This document shows positions 58,052 to 64,000 of a stretch of DNA of 64,000 nucleotides, piece after piece. Location: assembly GCA_963790915.1 (NCBI GenBank), contig CAWBQS010000003.1, positions 1,257,554 to 1,321,553 on the forward strand. Reading direction: 5' to 3'. Made by a program: the position numbers and the translations under genes. Numbering within the stretch: the first letter of the stretch is position 1; each line of letters opens with the position of its first letter. The notes under the pieces were generated by a model. The model was not told where the DNA came from. It made no database searches and was given only the letters and a program-made list of their open reading frames with translations. The stretch comes from an uncultured Chloroflexia bacterium. GTDB taxonomy: Bacteria > Chloroflexota > Limnocylindria > Limnocylindrales > CSP1-4.

Positions 58052-58945
58052 TCACCCGTCACCTGCCGCGCGTCGTTGTCGGCGCGCCTCGTAGAAGAGG
58101 ATGGCCGCGCTGACCGAGACGTTGAGGCTGTCGGCGATGCCCAGCATGGGGATGCGCACCGCCGTCACGTCGTCGCCCTGCCACGTGGCCGAGAGGCCGG
58201 TGTCCTCCGCTCCGAGGACGATGGCCAGCGGTCCCCACAGGTCCGCGCCGCCATAGTCGACCGCGCCATCCACCCGGGCGGCCGCCATGGCGATGCCACG
58301 CTCCCGCAGGAAGTCGATCGCCTCTGCCGATGAGCAGACGGCCAGGGGCACGCGGAAGATCGTGCCCAGGCTGGCACGGATGGCGTTGGCGTTCCACGGG
58401 TCGCAGCGCATGTCCGCGGCGATGACGGCCGTCACCCCGGCACCATCAGCGGAGCGCAGCACGGCACCCAGGTTGCCGGGCTTCTCGACACCCTCGACGA
58501 CGGCCACGAGCGGCACCGCCGCCGCCCCCGCGGCGGCCGCTGTCAGCGGCACCAGGTCGGCGAGTCGCGCCAGCTCCGTCGAGGGTTCCTGGGCCAGCAC
58601 GACGATGCCCTCGGTGCGGTCGCCGTAGGCCAGCGCCTGCAGCAGCTCCGGCGCCGCCACGATCATCTCCGCTCCGGCGCTCCGCAGCCGCGGCAGGAGC
58701 TCCGCGCCCGGTCCGTCACCAAGCCGGGCCGGGTCCAGCCACGCTTCCATGACCGGCAGCCCGGCATCCAGGGCGCGTCCGATCTCGCGGACGCCATCGA
58801 TGAGCAGGCGGCCGGCAGCACGACGCCGCCGCGCATCACGCAGGTCCAGGGCTGCCCGGAAGCGTGGGTTGTGGCGGCTGCTGATGGCCGCGCCGGGAGC
58901 GCCCGCGTGCACGCCAGCGGGCGCGCCGCCATGGGGGCCACTCAT
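58052..58945 (-). CDS. SpoU/TrmH-family RNA 2'-O-methyltransferase
   Basis: SPOUT motifs VVEGVEKPGNLGAVLRSADGAGV, RIPMLGIADSLNVSVSAAILFYE, and a substrate-binding N-terminal domain. Confidence 0.75.
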   Translation of the reverse strand: MSGPHGGAPAGVHAGAPGAAISSRHNPRFRAALDLRDARRRRAAGRLLIDGVREIGRALDAGLPVMEAWLDPARLGDGPGAELLPRLRSAGAEMIVAAPELLQALAYGDRTEGIVVLAQEPSTELARLADLVPLTAAAAGAAAVPLVAVVEGVEKPGNLGAVLRSADGAGVTAVIAADMRCDPWNANAIRASLGTIFRVPLAVCSSAEAIDFLRERGIAMAAARVDGAVDYGGADLWGPLAIVLGAEDTGLSATWQGDDVTAVRIPMLGIADSLNVSVSAAILFYEARRQRRAAGDG

Positions 58946-58975
58946 GATCGGCGCCTCGGCTGGATGCGGTGCGCC

Positions 58976-59443
58976 TCAGCCATCGTTCTTGCCGGCCACG
59001 GCGGCCTCCTCGATGGCGGAACGCAGCTCGCGAGTCAGCTCCGGTGACCAGTCGGCCCCGAAGACCCGGAAGGTCGGGACGTCCAGGCGCACGATGGTCG
59101 AGTCCGGGTGGGCGGCCGCGTAGACCGCCTGGCAGGCATCGACCTCTGCCTCGGAGCGCTCCCACCATCGTTCGCGGTAGCTGTGGACGTAGACATCGCG
59201 CGGCTCGGTCTCGTCCGGCAGGCGCGCCGTCAGGAACAGCGTGTTGCCGACCAGGTCCTGGTCGTCGCAGGCGGTCTGGCCGACCACCGGCTCGCTGACG
59301 ACGATGCCGCGGCGGGTGATCGCCTGGAGCACGTCGCGCGCGTTGCCGGGCGCGTAGGACGGCGTGCTGAAGTTGTAGCAGCCGCCGGAGGCGAGGGCAC
59401 AGAGGGCGAGGACGGACAGGGCCAGGGAGCGCCGCGTGGACAC
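58976..59443 (-). CDS. Hypothetical lipoprotein
   Basis: Signal peptide with lipobox LALCALASGGC. 155 aa. Upstream of the SpoU gene on the same strand. Confidence 0.45.
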   Translation of the reverse strand: MSTRRSLALSVLALCALASGGCYNFSTPSYAPGNARDVLQAITRRGIVVSEPVVGQTACDDQDLVGNTLFLTARLPDETEPRDVYVHSYRERWWERSEAEVDACQAVYAAAHPDSTIVRLDVPTFRVFGADWSPELTRELRSAIEEAAVAGKNDG

Positions 59444-59583
59444 CCCGATAGCGTAGCCGCAGTGCCCGTGCCGAGGGGCGGGCGCGATGTCCCATGTCCG
59501 CCGCAGCGGCCAGCCGCCCGTGGTCCAGCCGCCCGCAGGGCACGCTGGCGGCCGGTTCGGCCGAACGTCGCTACCATGCGCGG

Positions 59584-60882
59584 GTGCCCACTCTGAGACC
59601 GTTCCGCGCGCTCCGCTTCGATTCGTCCGCGGGCGACCTCTCCGATCTCGTGGCGCCGCCGTACGACATCATCAGCCCGGCGCAGCGCCAGGCCCTGCTG
59701 GCCCGCGACGCACACAACATCGTGCGCGTGGAGTTGCCGGGCGACCTGGGCAGCGCCACGCCTGAGGACTATGCAGCGGCCGCCGGCAGCCTGGCCGACT
59801 GGCAGCGCGATGGCATCCTCGTCCGGGACGCCCAGCCCACGGTCACCATCCACCGCATGCGCTGGCAGGACGCGGACGGTCGGCCCGGCGTCGCCACCGG
59901 CGTCTTCGCCCAGCTGCGCCTGGAGCCCTTCGGGCCGGGTGGCGGCGTGCTGCCCCATGAACGCACCATGGGCGGCCCCAAGCTGGACCGGATGCAGCTG
60001 CTGGAGGCCACGCGGACCAACACCAGCCCAGTGGTCCTCCTGGCGGACGCGGACCCGGCGCCTGCGGCGGCGGCCCTGGAGCGCCTGACCGCGGCGCCGC
60101 CGGACGCGGTCGCCACCACGGACGACGGCGTCAGCCACGAGCTATGGATCTGCCCAGGCGAATGGGCGGCGGATCTGCTGGCCGCCCTCGCCGCCGCCCC
60201 GCTGACCATCGCCGATGGACACCATCGCTACGAGACCGCGCTGGCCTGGCGGGACGCTCACGCTGGCGAGAACGACGCTGCCGTCGCACCCGCCGGGGAG
60301 TGGCTCCTGGTCCTCGTCTATCCCATCGACCAGGCGCCGCCGGCCCTGCCCACCCACCGCGTCATCCGCGGCCGGCCCTGCGGCGACGACCTCGTGGCGC
60401 GCCTCGCGAGCTGGGCTCGCCTGGAGGCGCTGCCCGACGACGCCACCCTGCTGGCGCGCATGGCCCAGCCGCCCGAGATCGCACCGGGCGCCATCGGCAG
60501 CGGCAGGATCGGACTGCTGACCGGGGACTCACCGTCGCTGCTCTGGCTTGACGCTGGCGCCGTGGCGGCAGCCCTGCCGAGCGGGCTCTCGGCGGCCTCG
60601 CGTGGCCTGGACGTCGTCGCCCTCACCGCCATGCTCGACCATGCCTTCGGAGAGGAGCCCGGCACGCTGGCCGACGAGGGGCGGCTCTGGTATGTCAAGG
60701 ATGCTCGCGAAGCCGTCCATCAGGTCGTGCACGGCACCGCCTCAGCCGCATTCCTGCTGGATGGTGTGCCTGCAGCGGCCATCACGGCCGTGGCACGGGC
60801 CACCGAGCTCATGCCGCACAAGTCGACCTACTTCCACCCCAAGGCGCCCAGTGGGCTGCTGCTCGGACCGCTGGACGAGTGA
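59584..60882 (+). CDS. DUF1015 family protein
   Basis: PFRALRF...PPYDIISPAQR...HERTMGGPKLDRMQLL...IADGHHRYETAL follows the DUF1015 conserved pattern. GTG start inferred; the track ORF is 59494-60882. Confidence 0.65.
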   Translation: MPTLRPFRALRFDSSAGDLSDLVAPPYDIISPAQRQALLARDAHNIVRVELPGDLGSATPEDYAAAAGSLADWQRDGILVRDAQPTVTIHRMRWQDADGRPGVATGVFAQLRLEPFGPGGGVLPHERTMGGPKLDRMQLLEATRTNTSPVVLLADADPAPAAAALERLTAAPPDAVATTDDGVSHELWICPGEWAADLLAALAAAPLTIADGHHRYETALAWRDAHAGENDAAVAPAGEWLLVLVYPIDQAPPALPTHRVIRGRPCGDDLVARLASWARLEALPDDATLLARMAQPPEIAPGAIGSGRIGLLTGDSPSLLWLDAGAVAAALPSGLSAASRGLDVVALTAMLDHAFGEEPGTLADEGRLWYVKDAREAVHQVVHGTASAAFLLDGVPAAAITAVARATELMPHKSTYFHPKAPSGLLLGPLDE

Positions 60883-61811
60883 TGGGCACGCACGAAGGAG
60901 ACAGGGAGCGGATGGATCGGGAGCGCTCGGACGGGACCGCCGCCATCGCCGGCAACGGTCGAGGCCTGCACGACGCGGACGTCGTCGGTCGGTCGACCGC
61001 GAAGCCCGTGCGCAAAGACGAGATCGTCCTGGACGACCGCGGCCTGTACGTGGAATCGTGGCTGCCAGAGCGTCGCTCGCGACGACGCCCGCTCTACTAC
61101 CTGCACGGCGAGCTCTCCGGCTCGTGGCTCTGGGAGCACTACCTGCGCTACTTCGCGCAGCGCGGCTGGGAGGGGCACGCCCTCAACCTGCGCGCGCACT
61201 TCTGGTCGGAGACGGCCACCATCGAGGACCTCGACCTGGGCTCATACCTCGAGGATGCCATCGCCGGATATGAGTCCCTGCACCGCGATGCCGTCGTCAT
61301 CGGCCACGGCCTGGGCGGCCTGCTGGCGCTGCGCCTGGCGGAAGTGCGGCCCATCGACGGCCTCGTCCTCATCAGCCCGGCCGTCCCGGCGCCGCTGCGG
61401 CCTGTGCCGCCGCCCCATGTCGTGCGCCTGGTGCCGGCCGTCTACCAGGCCGAGCTTGTCGATTGGGCCGGCCCCCTCGAGCAAGTCCAGCGCCAGAACC
61501 CGGACCTCAGCCTGGAGGACGTGCGCCGCGTCCAGCATCTCCTGGGTGCCGAGAGTGGCGCGGCGCGGCGCCAGATGCTGGCCGGAGTGCACATCGACCG
61601 GGAGCGCCTGCCGGACGTGCCCATGCTCGTCATCGGTGGCGGCCTGGACCGCCAGTTCGCGGAGTTCGACAGCGCCCGGCTGGCCGACTGGCTGGGCGCG
61701 GAGTACCAGCCCTTCGGCGCGCACTCGCACTACGGCCTCGTCGTCGGCGAGCACAGCCACGACCAGGTCGCAGACACCGTGCGCTCATTCCTGGAGCATC
61801 ACCGCCTCTAG
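60879..61811 (+). CDS. Alpha/beta-fold hydrolase family protein; the nucleophile-elbow motif reads GHGLGG (Ser replaced by Gly)
   Basis: LYYLHGELSGSWLWEHY (oxyanion region) and VVIGHGLGGLLAL where GHSxGG is expected. Overlaps the DUF1015 stop. Confidence 0.65.
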   Translation: MMGTHEGDRERMDRERSDGTAAIAGNGRGLHDADVVGRSTAKPVRKDEIVLDDRGLYVESWLPERRSRRRPLYYLHGELSGSWLWEHYLRYFAQRGWEGHALNLRAHFWSETATIEDLDLGSYLEDAIAGYESLHRDAVVIGHGLGGLLALRLAEVRPIDGLVLISPAVPAPLRPVPPPHVVRLVPAVYQAELVDWAGPLEQVQRQNPDLSLEDVRRVQHLLGAESGAARRQMLAGVHIDRERLPDVPMLVIGGGLDRQFAEFDSARLADWLGAEYQPFGAHSHYGLVVGEHSHDQVADTVRSFLEHHRL

Positions 61812-61857
61812 GGCCGCCGCCGTGCACGGTCGTGCTATCCTCTCGGCCGGACGTCTG

Positions 61858-61934
61858 GCCGCATTCGTCTAGAGGCCCAGGACACCGCCCTCTCAAGGCG
61901 GAGACCACCGGTTCGAATCCGGTATGCGGTACCA
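61858..61934 (+). tRNA. tRNA-Glu (anticodon CTC)
   Basis: GCCGCATTCGTCTAGAGGCCCAGGACACCGCCCTCTCAAGGCGGAG...GGTTCGAATCCGGTATGCGGTACCA. The D-arm GTCTAGAGGCCCAGGAC is the tRNA-Glu signature. Loop CTCTCAA gives anticodon CTC. Confidence 0.8.
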
Positions 61935-62009
61935 ATACGAACACTCCTACGCCCCCGGACCGCGCCCCGGGGGCGTTCTTCTTGCCACGCGCGTCGCTAG
62001 AGTCGTGCC

Positions 62010-63101
62010 ATGGGAGCGCAGGGTCCACAGACCGCCGGGGAGCGGCGGATCGTCATCCTGGCCGAGGGCGTCTTCGGGGAGTTGCCCTCCAAGACCGCCA
62101 TGGGTGTCATCGCCTACGGACCGGACCCGGTCGTGGCGGTCATCGACAGCCAGCGGGCCGGTCGGGACGTCGCCGAGTGGCTGGGGCCTGAGCGCCGCGC
62201 GCCGGTCGTGGCCACGCTCGAGGATGCCCTGGCGCAACGGCCCACGACCCTGCTCCTGGGCACGGCGCCACAGGGCGGCCGCATCCCGCCCCCCTGGCGG
62301 GCCGTCATCGTGGCCGCCATCGAGCACGGCCTGGACGTCATCTCCGGCCTCCACGAGTTCATCTCCGATGACCCGCAGCTGGTGGCCCTGGCGGACGCGC
62401 ACGGCGTGCAGCTCGTCGACCATCGCAAGGTCCCCGATCGCCAGGATGTCGCCTCTGGCCGCGGGCACCGGCCCGGCAGCCACGTCATCCTGACCGTCGG
62501 CAGCGACTGCGCGACCGGCAAGATGACCGTCGCCCTGGAGCTGCGCCGCGCCGCCCTGGCCGCCGGCCTGCGTGCCGCCTTCGTGGCCACCGGGCAGACG
62601 GGCATCATGATCGAGGGCTGGGGCGTGGCCATCGACCGCGTCGTCGCGGACTTCGTCAACGGCACCGCCGAGTGGCTGGTGCAGCAGGCCGAGGAGCGGG
62701 CCGACTGGATCTTCGTCGAGGGCCAGGGCGCCATCGACCATCCGGCCTACTCCGCCGTCACCTGCGGGCTCGTCCACGGTTGTGCCCCGCATGCCATGGT
62801 CCTGGTGCACCAGCCCGGGCGCCTTGGGCACCACGGCTGGGAAGGCGCTGACGGGCTCGGCTGGCCACTCAAGTCGGTGACGGAGAACATCCGGCTCTAC
62901 GAGGCACTGGCGGCCGCTGTCCGCCCCGCCCGGGTCGCCGCCGTCGCGCTCAACACCTCGCTGCTCGACGAAGCGGCGGCCCACACCGAGATCGCCCGGG
63001 TGGCGGCCGAGACCGGCCTGCCCGTGGGCGACCCATTTCGATTCGGACCGGACGACCTGTTCGACCGGCTGCGCACCGCCCTGGAGGAGACCGCACGATG
63101 A
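62010..63101 (+). CDS. DUF1611 domain protein (N-terminal Rossmann-like domain + DUF1611; P-loop GSDCATGKMT)
   Basis: RIVILAEGVFGELPSKTAMGVIAYG and VGSDCATGKMTVALEL. Translationally coupled (ATGA) to the dipeptide epimerase gene. Confidence 0.65.
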   Translation: MGAQGPQTAGERRIVILAEGVFGELPSKTAMGVIAYGPDPVVAVIDSQRAGRDVAEWLGPERRAPVVATLEDALAQRPTTLLLGTAPQGGRIPPPWRAVIVAAIEHGLDVISGLHEFISDDPQLVALADAHGVQLVDHRKVPDRQDVASGRGHRPGSHVILTVGSDCATGKMTVALELRRAALAAGLRAAFVATGQTGIMIEGWGVAIDRVVADFVNGTAEWLVQQAEERADWIFVEGQGAIDHPAYSAVTCGLVHGCAPHAMVLVHQPGRLGHHGWEGADGLGWPLKSVTENIRLYEALAAAVRPARVAAVALNTSLLDEAAAHTEIARVAAETGLPVGDPFRFGPDDLFDRLRTALEETAR

Positions 63102-64000
63102 CCCTGTCGATCCGCACGGAGGTGCTGGAGCTTCGCTTCAGCGTCCCCTTCCACATCGCCCGCACCGAGGAATCGGAAGCCTTCAGAACGGTCGCCATCG
63201 ACCTGGGGCTGGGGGATGCCCGCGGCCTCGGGGAGTGCTATCCGCTGGCCTACTACGGGGAGACGGTGGACACGGTGGCGGCCGTCCTGCCGCGGCTCCT
63301 GGGTGCGCTGGAGGCGCTCGGCCCACTGCCATCCGACCGCGCTGCCGTGCTGGCCTGGCTGGAACGGTCCACCTTCCTCATGACCGACGCGTTGGGCAAC
63401 CACGGTGCTGCCAAGGCCGGCCTGGACATCGCGCTGCACGACCTTGCCGCACGGTCCCTCGGCCTGCCCGTCTGGCAGCTCATCGGCACGTCCGACCTGC
63501 TGCCCCCCACCGACTACTCGCTGGGCATCGACGATCCGGCCGTGGTCGCCGAACGGGCGCGCGAGGCGGCCCACTACCCGGCCCTCAAGATCAAGGTCGG
63601 CGGCCCCGCTGACATCGAGACGCTGGAGGCCGTGCGGGCCGTGTACGGCGGAGCGCTGCGCGTGGACGCCAACACCGGCTGGCGACCGGAGCAGGCTGCG
63701 GCGCTCATCCCGGAGCTGGTGCGCCTGGGCGTGGAACTCATCGAGCAGCCTTTCCCCGCTCATGCGCTGCCGCAGCTGCGCTGGCTGCGCGAGCGCAGCA
63801 GCCTGCCCATCCTGGCCGACGAGTCGGCCGTCTTCGTCGAGGACCTGGAGATCCTGGGTGACGCCGTGGACGGCGTCGTCGTCAAGCTCGCCAAGTGCGG
63901 CGGCATCGGCCCCGGGCTGCGCATGATCCGTCGCGCGCGGGAGCTGGGCATGAAGGTCATGCTGGGCTGCATGTTCGAGTCGAGCCTGGGTGTGGCGGCC
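63098..64000 (+). CDS. Dipeptide epimerase (L-Ala-D/L-Glu epimerase-like, enolase superfamily MR/MLE subgroup), 3'-partial at window edge
   Basis: Capping domain, then barrel with KIKVG (catalytic Lys), metal ligands ...VDAN..., ELIEQP, ILADES, and VVKLAKCGG (second Lys). No stop before position 64000. Absent from the ORF track because it is open-ended. Confidence 0.75.
   Translation, partial: MTLSIRTEVLELRFSVPFHIARTEESEAFRTVAIDLGLGDARGLGECYPLAYYGETVDTVAAVLPRLLGALEALGPLPSDRAAVLAWLERSTFLMTDALGNHGAAKAGLDIALHDLAARSLGLPVWQLIGTSDLLPPTDYSLGIDDPAVVAERAREAAHYPALKIKVGGPADIETLEAVRAVYGGALRVDANTGWRPEQAAALIPELVRLGVELIEQPFPAHALPQLRWLRERSSLPILADESAVFVEDLEILGDAVDGVVVKLAKCGGIGPGLRMIRRARELGMKVMLGCMFESSLGVAA

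Overview
High-GC (about 70%) chromosomal segment, probably from an actinobacterium or a Thermomicrobia/Chloroflexi-like organism. It is dense with metabolic and transport genes, and contains no phage, CRISPR or intact mobile element.

Gene content, in order:
- A 5'-truncated class A PBP (6-2405), and a near-identical full-length paralog in inverted orientation at 18397-21198.
- tRNA-Gln(CTG) on the minus strand.
- A RACo-like [2Fe-2S] ferredoxin/ASKHA ATPase. Downstream, past a 2-oxoacid dehydrogenase E2/fused E1 alpha-beta locus and a DeoR regulator, lie a MetF-MTHFR_C fusion and a pterin-binding MtrH/AcsE-like methyltransferase. Together these read as a folate/corrinoid methyl-transfer module with no corrinoid protein in view.
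- A polar amino-acid ABC transporter and a Pro/Gly-repeat membrane protein.
- A three-domain LigD (PE-Lig-Pol) with no adjacent Ku.
- MutY-family glycosylase, YjeF_N epimerase and PlsY.
- lpd.
- A peptide (Dpp/Opp-like) ABC operon carrying two embedded S12 beta-lactamase-fold serine hydrolases and a fused permease-ATPase.
- A second E2 followed by lipA.
- Two paralogous sugar ABC clusters, each associated with a GH4 glycosidase. They sit beside a HutC/GntR regulator, SIS isomerase, RpiB/LacAB-like isomerase, PfkB kinase and LacD-like class I aldolase (a tagatose-6-P-like or sulfo-EMP-like route), plus an adenosine deaminase-family gene.
- An MMPL transporter.
- A SpoU methyltransferase, DUF1015, an alpha/beta hydrolase, tRNA-Glu(CTC), and a DUF1611 + dipeptide epimerase pair that runs off the window end.

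Notable non-genic signals:
- A 12-bp perfect palindrome CCGGACGTCCGG recurs at three sugar-cluster promoters. One copy sits exactly where a GH4 gene has lost its NAD-binding N-terminus.
- An IS481-like transposase helix-turn-helix (HTH) remnant is followed by about 4.5 tandem copies of a 62-70-bp repeat.
- A repeat-rich 450-bp region lies between convergent gene ends.
- At least nine genes (about thirteen events) are interrupted by single-nucleotide frameshifts, most of them in G/C homopolymer runs. This points to sequencing or assembly indel error rather than true pseudogenes, but it cannot be settled from sequence alone.

Coordinates derived by hand counting may be off by +/-1.
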